From the NCBI GenBank assembly GCA_951406725.2, contig OX597832.1:69502001-69566000 (forward strand): a DNA stretch of 64,000 nucleotides, written 5' to 3'. Source of the stretch: Octopus vulgaris (Eukaryota). The number at the start of each line of letters is the position of its first letter. Positions within the stretch are counted from its first letter, which is position 1. The translations under genes and the position numbers were made by a program. Positions 11,974 to 25,721 of this stretch are shown piece by piece. The notes beneath the pieces were generated by a model that did not search any database, was not told where the DNA came from, and saw only the letters and a list, made by a program, of their open reading frames with translations.

Positions 11974-12858
11974 TCAGTAAAATGAGTTGCCTCTTTGGTT
12001 TGCCACTTGATCAGAGGATACATAGTTCATGTTAATGTTATTTGGTGTTATGGTTTTTTCATGGTTCTGTCTTCGTTGTTTGATTGTAGGAGATGAAATG
12101 TGGTTGCATTTTGTTTTTGTTGTTGTCGTAGATCTCCTCTGTTGCTGTTTATATTTGTTTTGCGATCGTTTTGTGCCCTTCAGATGGTGGTGGTTGCATT
12201 CTGGGTTCAGGCACATCCTTAGTGACACAGAAGTTTAGCACAGTTTAGGATGGAAGAAGGTGCATCCATTGCCTTTTGTGCATCCATATTTGGGATCAGG
12301 ACCATGGACTCTGTATTTAGGACAGTATTTAGGGTGGAGGTGAGGGCAGTTTTTTCCCGTTATACCATATGGACAGGTGCCCTTAACAAGTCTACAACAT
12401 AAGGTAGAATGGAAAAAAGCACAGCGTCCCTTGTTGGTACCGCTGGGGCCAAATCTACAGTTGCTTTGAGAATGGTAACGACAGGGTGTTTGACGTGGGT
12501 ATAGTAGAGGCTTTTCTATTCTGGCAGGCTCGTTGGTCAGTAGTTCTATTGTAGTAGCAGTAGCAGAGTGTTGTTGTTGTTGTTGCTGTAGCAGCAGTGA
12601 AACTTGACTTGCAACAGTAGGGCTGCGTGGAATCGGGTCAGATACTGGTGCCAAACAAGGTGCTTCCAGTGTAGTAGCAGAAGCAGGCTGTTGTTGTTGT
12701 GATAGTGAGTCCTGGCTTGCCAAGGTAGTGTTGGGTGGAATTAGGTCAGATGTTGTTTGTTGCTGGCTATCGCGTCGTTGAAGTGACCCCTGACCTGTTG
12801 GAGTTGGGTCATTTGGTGCACTACATTCATTGACAAGTATGGCTTCTAGTGTTGCCAT
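11974..12858 (-). pseudogene. LINE ORF1 with four tandem CCCH-type zinc fingers (one in-frame stop at 12235-12237)
   Basis: CRYHSQSNC..C.FFH, CRLVKGTC..C.HLH, CPKY..GC..C.FFH, C*TSVSLRMCLNPECNHHH. ORFs 12235..12858 and 11974..12228 share a frame. Gln/Pro-rich repeated N-terminus. Confidence 0.75.
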
Positions 12859-13444
12859 GTGCGTGTGGAAAATAGGAAATGATCTTACGATCCCTTTTAT
12901 TTTATTTTCGATCAGTAAAAGGATTGTTTTGCTAATTTTTCAGCGATTTTACTGTAAACATTAGCTTTTACACAATCGTTATGGTGAGATTACCAAGCGT
13001 TTATCAGTGAACTGATTTCATTTTCAACCCAGTGGCGTTTTGGAATGTTATTGGCCATATTCAGTGGGACAGTATTATACACTGTACGTCAGTTATTGAT
13101 GGCTTGATGTATAATAGTGAATGCACCGTTGAAAAGTTTGTGTCGATATATACAGAAATGCGTGACTATATATGGGTGTGTGTGGGAGAGTTCAGTGTAT
13201 TTAGTACAAATCAGAATGAGCGGTGTGTTTAATACAGATCAAGAGAAAAGAATTGTACTCACGGGACTACTCTTAGAACTAGTCTTGGGTTTAGTTTTGG
13301 TTTATATCTCTTTCTCCAGGTTATATATAAATTTGTATAAATTTATCCTCCGATGGTAGTAAAATAGTAGAATAGTGGAATTCAAAAGTTCTGGGACTAA
13401 AAACAAGGAAAGTTTCTGGTTTCAGGCACTCCCTTAGTGACACA

Positions 13445-13998
13445 GTCCAGAGGATGAGCTACAGCGAGCGACTGTAGACACTAAGTCTCTACACCCTGGA
13501 GCACAAGGCGGGAGAGTGCGACCGACTGGTGTCAAACTTTGGCATCAAGTGTTATACTTTGGCATCAAATGCTAAACTTTGGCATCAAGTGTTATACGAA
13601 TGCCCGCACAGGGCGCCACTGCATATTACCACTGCATCTCACACAAGAACGAGGTATTGTAACAACACCGGTTTCAGAGGACCTCAGCTCTTTAATACCC
13701 TGCCGAAACAATTGAGAGACTTGCAAGATGTGGATATAGAAGTCTTCAAAACAAAACTCGACACTTTCCTATCCACGATACCAGACGAACCGATGACTCG
13801 AAATGAGATACAGATGAAGGCAGCGATGTCAAATTCTCTTGTACACCAGATGTGACATCGAAACTCTTAATTGGACTACATCAGCTGGCAGAGAACAGCC
13901 ATGCAAGGGACGTGCAAAGAGCAGAGTATAAGGATGGAAAGTCATGGTGGTGCTCCAGCCCGAATGCAGCTAATTGGCTGAAACGAATAAAAGAATAT
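13445..13998 (+). mobile_element. 5'-truncated CR1-group LINE (RT C-terminus plus 3' tail), second family
   Basis: MSYSERL*TLSLYTLE, NFGIKCY, GFRGPQLFNTLPKQLRDL..FKTKLDTFLSTIPDEP; tail GGTGGTGCTCCAGC..GCAGCTAATTGGCTGAAACGAATAAAAGA. Internal 24-bp duplication at 13535-13597. Confidence 0.85.
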
Positions 13999-14369
13999 AT
14001 AAATAAATATACATACATCCAGCCATACACATACGTATACATACATACATGCATACACATACATATACATACACATACATATACATACATATACATACAT
14101 ATACGTACATATACATACACATACATATACATACATATACATGCATATACATACTTGCATATACATATACATACTTACATATACATACATACATGCATAT
14201 ATACATATACATATATACAAATATATGCATACATAATATACATATTTATTTTGTTTGACTCTAAGCATCTGGAACTTTGCTCGCCCAGAATGTGGTCTGC
14301 CCAGCATTTTGATCCATGAGAGGATTTGACATGTTAGAGTTCCATCCAGCTTTTGTGAAAAAAAAGTCT

Positions 14370-15746
14370 TTGTTTTTCGAGCGTTGGGTGGACAATGGAT
14401 ATGATTTTCACAAGATAGATGCAGGAGAAGTGCTATTTGCAGAATATGGATCTTGTGCAGGTGTTCATTGATTTAATCAAGACCTTCGATACTGTGATTA
14501 GGGCCTTGCTATGGAAAATACTTGGCAAACGTGGATGTCCGGTTCATTTTGTATTAATAATTAAATCATTTCATGATGGGATGGAGGCTTGGGGGCCATT
14601 CCTGTAGAGAATGTTGTCAAGCAGGGTGACATTTTTGCCCCAGCTCCTTTCTTTTTACTTTGTTACTGTTTTTACTTATGCTTTAGCTAAGGTTCTCTCT
14701 CTGGGAATATATGTCCAGTATTGATCTTCTGGCCGCCTTAGTCATTCGTACAGCGGAAGACGTGCAAATACTTATGAATCATATTTCTGCTTCTTGCAGG
14801 GCATTTGGTCTCGGCATTAGCCTGGACGGGACTGTTATAATGTTCCAGCCTGCACCAGGAAATCAATATGTGGAACCAGCTATCTGGGTTGAAGGAACAA
14901 TACTGAAAGTGCTAGACAAGTTTATCTACCTGGGTACCACACTCAGCTGTTCTTGTTCCCTGGATGAGGAAAAAGCTATCAGGCTGCAAAGAGTAACCGA
15001 TTTCTTCAGGTCTCTTCACTCCCGTGTCTGGTCCCAGCATGACATCACAAACCAAACAAAAATTACTTTGTACCGTGCATATGTACTGACATCACTCCTT
15101 TGCTCATGTGAGACGTGGACCCTTTATAAAAGTCATGTAAGGGTCCTTGAACGCTTTTATCAGAGATGTCTAAGACATTCTGAATGTTGACTAGACCTTA
15201 GAAGTTCCAGACACACAGGTCCTGAGGACAGCTAATATCTTGAGTATTGTGGCGATGGTGCACAAACACCGGTTACGTTGGACTGGTCACCTTATTAGAT
15301 TGAAGGATAGCAGAATCCCTAAACAGATGCTATATGAGGAATTTGTTAGTGGAAAGAGACCCCGGCTGAAACCAAGACTGCAATTTAAGGACTGTTTCAA
15401 GTTGACATTAAAGCCCTGTGATATGCTCAGAGGGCAATGTCTGTCATCACCACAGATGGAGAAAGCAGGATAAGGAGGGGGTCGATAGCTTTGAGAGAAA
15501 ACGTATTTTGCATGGGGAATTTAAGCGTACTGCTCAAAAGCGTACTGTTAGTGTACTGCTAGTGTAGTGAATGGGAAAAGATTGGTTTACAATGTTTGCT
15601 GTCGTGTAAGCTTGACAAGAGCAGGGCTCCTCAACCACCAACGGAGCCGCAAATACAAAATATAAGTTAGTCCTAGAACGCACAATGTTCCTGAAGATCA
15701 GCGGTCAGCAATGGTCTTCCTCAGTCACGAGTGGACGGCCGTCATT
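14370..15746 (+). mobile_element. Degenerate RTE-clade LINE, 5'-truncated
   Basis: QEKC..QN.DL..VFIDL.K.FDTV, GCP..FV.II.SFHDGM, VKQGD, FIYLGTTLS, LL.SCETW, RLRWTGHLIR..DSRIPKQMLY. Confidence 0.85.
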
Positions 15747-16924
15747 ATATATATATATGTGTGTATGTGCGCGTACATATATGTGTGTGCGCATACATAT
15801 GTGTGTGTGCGCATACATACGTATGTGTATGTGCGCATACATATATGTGTGTGTGCGCATACATATAATGTGTGCGCGCGCATGCATTTATTTGTGTGCG
15901 CATATATACATGTGTGTGTGCGCATACATAAATGTGTGTGCGCAGACAAATGTGTGTGCGCAGATATAAATGTGTGCGCGCAGACATGTGTGTGCGTGTG
16001 CGCATACATATGTGTGTATGTGTGGGTGTGTGTGTGTGTACGTATATAGATAGACAGCTCTGGCAGTTAACGATAGAATCGATAATGTTTCGAATAGAAT
16101 TACCCTACGGTATTTTTACTCTGTTTATATTTACTTTGATGTTGGTTTTTTCTACTGCTTTTCGTCGACCAAAGCTGATAGTATAGCACAGCTCTATACT
16201 AGGCTCGGTATCACCGAGAAACCAGCATGTCTCGAAAGCGTTAAAAATAAAAATAGAATACATAAAATGAAAGATAAAAGAATTACATAGAATTATAAAT
16301 CGACAGCGAACCCCAAGATATTGGTTCTTTTGAGAGTAGTGAGGAATCCAGTTAGTTAGAAAAGAGATTCTGAAATGAAAATAATCCCGGCTTTTGTGTT
16401 AGATATTCTTTTAAATATTGCTAGTGATGTAATATGTTTATTCAGAGGTTTCACCTATTGGAAATTAATTAGAAAACCAAGCCGAAATCCAATTACATAT
16501 AAGAATACCAAAAGAATTAGATTATTTTATACGTTTTCTTAGCAACGAGGAGGATTATCGGATCTGTGAAGATATATCTGGTTTTTATGATTTTTCTATG
16601 CGTTCGACCTAGTCTACTATTCGCTGCTGTGTGCGCTTGCGCACAGACATAAACGGAGGGAGAAGTCTTTGTATGTATACCCAAATATAAGTACACAAGT
16701 ACATGAACGAATATATATATATATATATTCAAACATGTTTATATTACCTGCACACGTGCAAATACTATATAGTATCTTGCGCGCGCACACACATATTACA
16801 TATATGAAATATGTATATCTTTCCGTACATATACATTTGTGTGTGTGTGTGTGTGTTTGAGTGTGTTTGTGTGTGTTTGGGGAAACCTTAGGCGACGAAA
16901 AAGATCAGCTAGTTATTCTTTTCC

Positions 16925-17462
16925 GGAGAACTTTCGGGCCTGTCCGAGATGTGCGCAGGACGATAAGACGATCCTGCATGCACTCGTCCAGTGCCCGAAC
17001 ATGGCTAACCTGTAGGCTTATACCGAACACCTGTTGTTGCGTGTAGGAAGGATCAGTCTGTCAACTGAATCGATCTTGAAGATCGCCCCGCCGCTTTCCT
17101 TTAACCCGGAAGGGAAGGCTCACTTTATATGCCTGATGACTATGATGAAAGTGGTTGTATGGTGGACTGAAAGGACTGAAGACAATCACTTTTCTGTTTG
17201 GCCGATCCGTAATCAACTTCTCCATATTTCACTTGTAATGGTAAATAGGGATAAGAAGGAAGTGTTGCTTCTAGCCAATTTGCTGAGAAGTGGATGAAAG
17301 GGGCGAGAATGGCGTGTGTGAACGGACCTGCCCTGAGTATACGCCCGTAGTTGGAGAAAAGGAAAAAGAAAAAAAAAGGCACCTGCCCCAAACGTCAGGG
17401 TGCCCATGGTTATTATGTGGTTTTTCAATGAACACACATCGATGATCTCCTCCCTCTTGAGG
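16925..17462 (+). mobile_element. L1/Tx1-clade ORF2 C-terminal remnant and 3' UTR
   Basis: CPRCAQDDKTILHALVQCP at 16941 (CX2CX8HX4C, zf-RVT-like), followed by ..KVVVWWT.. Confidence 0.7.
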
Positions 17463-18491
17463 AATACATAGAGTTGAATTTGGTTTTTCTTTTTCCACAC
17501 GCAAAACCCTCAGAACGACGACAACAACAACAACACACACACATTCTTTGATTTGTCCTGTACTGTCCTAAATGTTTTTCAGTAATGTAAACACTTGTGA
17601 TTAATAAAAAAAGAAGATTCATTATTATTAAGAGATTAGTTTATTTTCCTGCTAATCCTTCTTATCAAAATTGTTTTGACACGCAACATATTTGTAACGT
17701 ATTCATAGAAGTCTTGCTAAGTCATTACCATTTCAGTCTCTTTAATAACTTCACCATTAAAGTCAAAACAAAAGTGATATCCTTCCAAATTAAATATAAA
17801 TAAAATGCTAACGTGTTATTAAACAGATTAATTAACAAAAGAGTTATGAGTATTTACATATTCGTGCGCTTGCTCGGGATACCGCAGTCCAATTTTTGTT
17901 GTTTTCGGATTATTCTGGACTCATTATAATCCTTCAGACCTATGAACTCAAACCAAAGATCATTCTTCACTTATCATACTTGAAAGGGTGAAACACAAAA
18001 TGTACCTCACTTGGTATGATACGAACTGAAATGAAAGAGGGCTGGATCGAATACTGCAAGTCATTCTGTCTAACACCATAAAGAATCGACCAACTGGTCA
18101 CTCAATACAAACACATTTCTACAATGTTATTAGACATTATTATCTTCTTTCATAACATCAGTCAACCGTCATTATTATACTACATCGATGATATCCTGTT
18201 AACTTGTATTCATTTTTTTCTGTTTTTCAGAAAACTTTGTTTGACAAAACTAAGCTAAATCTACAACAACGCGTCTTTGCGACTGATACAAGCTAATAAA
18301 AATCTATAATAGGCAATAAAATAATGTTATTTTTTTCTTACATAACATCTCATAAAGAAATACTTAGTAAGTGTTTATAGTCGAGTTATTTAATGTTCGT
18401 CAGTTTGGAAACATGAGAGTCGTTTATAATGTGTAATTTCAGCTGTGGTCTGTTGTATGCAAGCATTTATGTATATATATATATATATATG

Positions 18492-18549
<58 letters not shown>

Positions 18550-18775
18550 CATATATATACACATAAATACATACATATACATACATATGTGTATGTGAAT
18601 GTATGTATGTATTTATGTATATATATTTGTATATATATGTACATATATAATATATATAATATATATGCATGTTTATGTATGTAACTTCCTACATACATAT
18701 ATAAGTTGTTCACATTGTACTAATTTTTTCATCATTTTGAAAACTTTGGGTTATACGAAATAAATTATGCCTCAT

Positions 18776-18834
<59 letters not shown>

Positions 18835-19434
18835 GTTTGTATGGTGTGTATGTATATATGTATGTCCCTATATACATATAAAGGTATACTAGTGTTTTTC
18901 CCCCTCTCCACGTGTATTTCTTTAACATTACCAAATACAAAATGGAAATTTAATGAAATTGCTATACAACAGGATTTCAGAGTATATGTTTGTACGCACC
19001 TGTATATACTCTTTTACCAGAACTTTCTCTCGTTCTTTTTCCTATTTCTGTTGCAGCTGTATTTCGAAGAATCAACCTTGTCACACTCTATGTCACGCTG
19101 AATCTCCCCGAGAACTACGTTAAGGATACATATGTCTGTGGAGTGCTCAGCCACTTGCTCGTTAATTTCACGAGCGAGCTGTGCCGTTGATCGGATCATC
19201 TGGAATATTCATCGTCGTAACCGACGGAGTGCCACGTATATACGTATGTATATATTTATGTATGTATGTATGTATATACGTATGTATGTGTGTATGTATG
19301 TATGTATATATTTATGTATGTATGTATGTATATACGTATGTATGTGTGTATGTATGTATGTATGTATGTATGTATGTATGTATGTATATGATACTGTATT
19401 CTATGAGTGATTATACATTAACTATTTGTATTTA

Positions 19435-19800
19435 ACTTCAAGATGGTGTCCCCCACCATGAAGTCAAGTGGCTATGTTCACTGGAACTTCAGGAATTTGA
19501 AGGGCTTCTAACACCCATGAGTAGAGGACAGAGTCAAAGGCATCCTTGTAGTCCATCCCCATTCATATGAGTTTTCTCCTATGCTTCTGCACCTCTGACA
19601 TTACAGTTTTGTTTATCAACAGTCCTCTTCACATCCCTGGAAATCAATCTGCATAGGGATCCACAAGCGAAACTGACCCAACATTCTATGCTTGCAAGAA
19701 ATTCACTTGTAACTCACTCAGTTTATGCCAACAGTGCAAGCTACCTGTACAAGATATATGCCAGAAACAAAGGCCAGCATACAAACTAAAAAGATTCTCT
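19435..19800 (+). mobile_element. Highly decayed Tc1/mariner-superfamily transposase remnant
   Basis: LQDGVPHH resembles the QDGAP.H second-Asp motif. Downstream similarity is weak. Confidence 0.35.
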
Positions 19801-19956
19801 GCGAATGAGAAAGAAGAACTAATAAATGGTAGATAAGTTTCTTACTAATGAAACTGAAGCTAGGTAATTGTCTCGTGACTGATGTTTCAAACCGAAGCTT
19901 CAAGTGAAGTTAAACACATCTCATTCACTCACTCACTCACTCACTCACTCACTCAC

Positions 19957-19992
<36 letters not shown>

Positions 19993-20012
19993 CACAAACA
20001 CTCACATACAGG

Positions 20013-20073
<61 letters not shown>

Positions 20074-20199
20074 ACACACACATATATATAAGAGAGATGT
20101 GCATTATTTAAGGCAGTTTAATTCGTAGGCTTCAGACATAAACCTGACTCGTCGAGTTCAGGCAGCGGAATGGAGAGATGCGAGATGTCCAAAATTGCT

Positions 20200-20990
20200 A
20201 TATATGAAGTTCCAGAACTACTCATCAAAAAATACCAAAATAACTTATTTACCTAAATTTTAACATCATCTCATTCGAAATAATCACTTTCCGCAGCAAT
20301 ACACCGGTTCTGGCTTTCTTGCCACTTTTGGAATTCGGCCTGGAATTCGTTTTCCATTTGCGAATTGAGGACCTTCTACGTTTTGCTCTTGATCTCGTCA
20401 ACAGTGTTAAGACGACGAGCTTTGAGTTGCATTTTCATGTTGTGGAAGAGATGGAAGCCAGCAGGTACTAAATCTGGAGAATAATGCGGATGCGGAAGGG
20501 ACACCATGTTTATTATGGCGAAAAACTCTCCAGTGAGGAAAGCGCGGTGACAGGGCACATTGTCGTCGTGAAGATTCCAGTTCTTCGGCTCCACACTTCC
20601 GGTCACTGTCGCCGAGTGTCCTCCCTCAAGCGCTTCAAAACATCGTCGTTGATTTCCCTCCAATGTTCTTCATGTGCAAACTCATGAAGTTTCTGCATGT
20701 TTCTCGGGTGACGTTCGTGGTAGGCTTTTCAGATCGCTCACCGTCTTCCGGGGACGATCAACTGTTTTTGATGTACCTGTGCTACTTGAAACATAGCGTA
20801 CGACCCATTGCCTCATCGCTGTAAGCTTTACGAAACATTCTCAATGTCTCTGTAGCAGACTTTCCAAGTTTAATGCAAAATCTCACGTTGGCTCTTTGTT
20901 CCTGCCCATGACAAATTCGCAGACATACAGCAGACACAAACATGATAAAATAAAAAGCAAATTTCACAACTTGCAATGACAGGGAGAGTA
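20200..20990 (-). mobile_element. Degenerate mariner DNA transposon
   Basis: EQRANVRFCIKLGKSATET (HTH), LHDDNVPCH, HPHYSPDLVP, terminal ESDYFE. TIRs not identified. Confidence 0.85.
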
Positions 20991-21999
20991 TTCATACACT
21001 TGCATGTACGCATGCTAACGTATGTACGCCTAATAGCAAACAGCAGCGGTCAATGTGAGAGGCATTGGGGCTGGTAGAATCAATGAAATTAAGAGATGTA
21101 GTCACTGAATCACGCTACTGCAGTGACTCAGTGTAACATCGTAAATGTAACAGCTGGAGGGAAAGATTGCTTTACAAGTATTGGTCTGGTGTTCTTTTGG
21201 TCCAAGAATATTACTACAAAGTCAAATTAGGATATTTGCTGAAGGATATAACGCCATGCCACAAGCAGATTGAGGAATAGAATCCACAACATTATCATTG
21301 TACAACGAGCCCTCTAGGGTCTGCACATTATTAGACAGTGTATGCGAAGAGAATAGAAAATCCGCAAAAATTAAGCGTTACAGGAGGCTAATATATATAC
21401 GAAAATGTTATCAGATGAGACATTAACACATGCAATAACAATGTTATAACAATTCCCGTTTCGGTGGTTTATCAAAAGTGTATTGCATGTGCGGTACTTG
21501 TTATGGATCCTTAGGTTCCGAGTTCCAACTTGCTTCATGATAATAACGATTGCAGTTGTTTTTCGATTTCATTGCTGAAACCGCAACACTTGAATTAGTT
21601 TCTCTTATTTTGAAGATTGACAGAATCTTTGGAACAACGGGCAAAAGACAGGGGAGGTATTTCATCTGGGTGTTTATTTTCCAAGTTCAAATCTCGGCCG
21701 AGCTCAATTTTGCCTTTGCCACGACTAATATTGTACCAAGCCTATACTGGGGTCAATATTATCGACTGTTTTGCCTCTCTACATAAAATACGTAGCAATA
21801 TTTAAGAAAATCAATGAAGATGGTGACGACGATAGTGATGATGATGATGGTGGTGGTGGTGGTAGGGTGATCAGAAAATCAACCGCAGCAACAGCAGCAG
21901 CAGTGGTAGCAGCAGCACCAGTAGCAGTGGTAGCGGCAGCAGCAGTAGCAATGGTAACGGCAGCGGCGGTAGCAGCAGCAGCAGTAGTAGTAGTAGTCA

Positions 22000-22079
<80 letters not shown>

Positions 22080-22929
22080 ATAGCAGTTGGATGTAAATGA
22101 GGATTATTGTGTTAAAATATTAATGACAATGGCGGAGTTTACATCAACAAGAACGATTATGATGATGACGACGACGACGACGACGATGATTATGATGATG
22201 TAAACGAGAAGGAAGAAGGTTATGATGAGGATAATTGTGACGTAAGTTGCCAAGATTGGGATTATTAAGACGATGGTGGTGGCTGAAGTCAATAATGAAG
22301 GGGCTGATGGTGATGATGGTCGAGACGATGATAATGATGATGATGATGAGGAGGGGAGGAGAAAGAGGAGAAGGAACACCTTCTTCACGCCGGTAAAGCT
22401 ACTACCTCGAGGCCCTGGTTTTAACGCCTCCACAAGAGAGGGCGCCCATCGTTTTGTGCGGTGACGAATCGATGCCACTGACGTAGTTTCACGATCACAA
22501 AAGACATGGACATATATTTAATTTGGTTTTCTATAACAAACATATATTGACCTATGTAGGAACTTGAGCTTAGATATTCTATTGACTAGTTTGAATTGGA
22601 AGGGAGGAATCGAATTTCCGATGCTGGTAATAGAGACATGGAACAGGTGAGCGTTGAATAAGAGGTGCGCTTTGTGTGGGTGTTGTTGACAGGAAGGGTC
22701 CAACACAAAGGAGCTACTTATCACGTACAAAGACAAAACTTTTAGAACAGACACACACACATGCACACACATATTCACATGTACATATATGTATGTATGT
22801 ATGTATGTATGTACGTATGTATGTATGTATGTATATGTACATATGTATGTGTCTTTGCCTATCGACATCTAGCCACCCATAAGTATGTATGCTCGTACAC
22901 GCACACACACACAAACACACACATATATG

Positions 22930-22966
<37 letters not shown>

Positions 22967-23055
22967 CCATATATGTGTGTTTGTGTGTGTGTGCGTGTAC
23001 GAGCATACATACATGTATATATAATTTACACACATATCCATATAGATATACGCAT

Positions 23056-23118
<63 letters not shown>

Positions 23119-23148
23119 CATATATACATACATACATAAATACATACA

Positions 23149-23182
<34 letters not shown>

Positions 23183-23979
23183 CAGACATATTTTTACAAA
23201 TACATACATATGCCCGCATACATACACACAAACGCACATAAATGTATATATGCATTTATGCATTAGTGTGTCTCTGTCTGCGTACCTCTGGGCCAAGCGA
23301 TGTACAGACTCAACGACTGCTTTACACATAAGCTTGCTCCTTGATTTCGCACACGTGGTGTAATGTATGATTGCGCTGGTATATGTTTGTGTGAGTGTCC
23401 GTATGTGTGTGTATGTATGTGACACAATACGCATCCATCTATCCATTGATTCATTCGTCCATCCATCGATCGATCGATCCATCCATCCATCCATACACAC
23501 ATATCAATCATTACACAGACACATATAACCATAAAAAAAACAGGCTGTGACGACTCCGACCAGAATCCTCAGCTGAATAACAGTAAGAAGGAAGTGTAAA
23601 CGAATTACTTTGTCTATTCTTAAGACTTCGTGTTTACATTGACTCCATATCTAATCTTTGTTGTATTGTCTACCCTTAGGAACGAGGATTCTGCTAATGT
23701 ATGTATGAATGAATGAATTTATGTATGTATGAAACTATGTATGTATATATATATATATATATGCATGCGTTTGTATGTTTGTAAGTATGTAAATGTGTAT
23801 TAATTATTGTGTGCGTAGTGATGTAATTCCAACAAGAGTGGAATTGTTTATCAAACATATTTTCCTTCAAGTTGTAGGATCGAATATGCAGTTCCATTAA
23901 TGTTTCTCCTATTATATCTTATAAGCAGAAATAGTAACAACAACAACAACAGCAGCAGCAACAATAACAACAACAACAA

Positions 23980-24038
<59 letters not shown>

Positions 24039-24042
24039 ATAC

Positions 24043-24096
<54 letters not shown>

Positions 24097-24099
24097 CAC

Positions 24100-24136
<37 letters not shown>

Positions 24137-24142
<6 letters not shown>

Positions 24143-24648
24143 CCTATGACATGATCCCACACTCATGGCTAAGTGAATGTCTGAGTATATTCAGCATTGC
24201 AGACAATATAAGAGAATTAATTAGCTTTAGCATGAAGAAGTGGAAACTAGACCTTTACTCAGGTGACACAGTTTTAGGGAAAGTTAATATCAAAAGATTC
24301 CAGGGTGAGTCATTGTCTCCTTTAATATTTGCCTTATGTTTGATTTCCCTCAGTTTAGTATTAAAGAAGGCAATGGCAGGGCATTAGTTCAGAAACCGTA
24401 CGGGGAAAATTAACCATTTGCTCTACATGGATGATCTGAAGATTTTTAGTAAGAATGGAAAAGAGATAGATTCTGTAATAAAGACTGTAAGACATTTCAG
24501 CAAAGATATAGACATGAAATTTGGCATAGATAAGTATGCAACATTAGTCATGAGAAGGGAACAAAGAGTCAACAGCGAAGGCATCCAATAAACCAGATGG
24601 CTAGACATTAAAATTATTGAAAGAAGGAGAAAGTTATAAATATCCAGG
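24137..24648 (+). mobile_element. R4/Dong-like non-LTR retrotransposon RT fragment
   Basis: YDMIPHSWL, FQGESLSPLIFALCL, INHLLYMDDLK, MKFGIDK, YKY. Begins directly after (AAT)n. Confidence 0.8.
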
Positions 24649-25193
24649 CAGTGCATGCTATCAAAGTGACACTGGAGTACAAACACACAAAGCTTAATAT
24701 ACCCATAATGACTACCCGTCTGATAAGGGTACACCAGGCTCATGTATCACAACCATATGTGTGTGACATGGTGATCTCATATCAAGATAAACAGCGCATG
24801 ACCCAACAGATGAGTCCCAGTTAGAATTTTCTTCAGGTCGAGTAGCTCATCCTGCTCAAAAGGTCCCTGAATAAGGATTGTTTAAGGATGTTGAATGAAC
24901 CACCCATATTTCCAGAGGTGAATTATCCAAACTCCAAAGAATTACTCTCAACACTTGGCTATGATGCTCCCCAACTACTTCTGGTCGTGCTCAGGGATGC
25001 ACATATCGTCAGCCACCAAGGAACATGCTCAACTGGTTAGGGTCAAACAACTGACAAGCAAAACTGTGATATTGAGCAGAATATTTGGTGTAGCCCTTCT
25101 TTTATACCAAGACAAAACAATGTACATATAAGACTTCTAGTCAGTTTAGATCAGAAGCCATGAGAGCCACTGCCTGGTATTGCATCGGGGCAT

Positions 25194-25197
<4 letters not shown>
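24648..25197 (-). mobile_element. Unclassified non-coding interspersed element of about 550 bp
   Basis: Sharp boundaries: it truncates the R4/Dong RT fragment on one side and abuts (TAC)/(TAT)n on the other. No ORF. Strand is a guess. Confidence 0.4.
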
Positions 25198-25273
<76 letters not shown>

Positions 25274-25675
25274 TTATTATTATTATTATTATTATTATAT
25301 GTTTGTAGTTTGCTTTGAATTTGTACAATTTGACTCCAAGATTAACCCAGAGACCTCAAAGAGATAAGTTAGAAGTTGATTTTGGCGTTATGACTTGGGC
25401 GCTATAGTTTTGGTTTAGCACAACGTCTTGTTCAAGAGAATGTCTGTCAAAACATAATAAAATTAGAAGTTTGTTTTAAAAGTAATTTGATCATAAGTAT
25501 GATCTTTAGATGTGTGTGTGTTGGTGACTATCAGTTTGAGTGCATGTGTGCGTGAGTATATGGACAAATTCGAAAGAAATTTCTTTTGGTCTGCGTTGAC
25601 AACACTTGTATTTTTATTTACATTATTTACATTATTTACATTTGACGGATATTTGGCCTCATCTTATTTGTTGTT

Positions 25676-25721
25676 AACACAGCGTTTCGGCTGATATACC
25701 CTCCAGCCTTCATCAGATGTC
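25676..25721 (-). ncRNA. Minimal hammerhead motif (U16.1 mutated to C)
   Basis: gacat-CTGATGA-A-GGCTG(gagggtatat)CAGCC-GAAAC-GCT-gtgtt. Confidence 0.65.

Larger units (their letters stand above)
8757..13440 (-). mobile_element. Near-full-length degenerate CR1/L2-group LINE
   Basis: Colinear 5' region, ORF1, APE endonuclease, RT and 3' stem-loop tail (GACCAatcttTGGTC). No TSD seen; 5' boundary approximate. Confidence 0.85.

Noticed and set aside
17133-17155. CTGATGACTATGATGAAAG
   Set aside because: Lies in L1/Tx1 coding remnant and no stem II pairing is possible.
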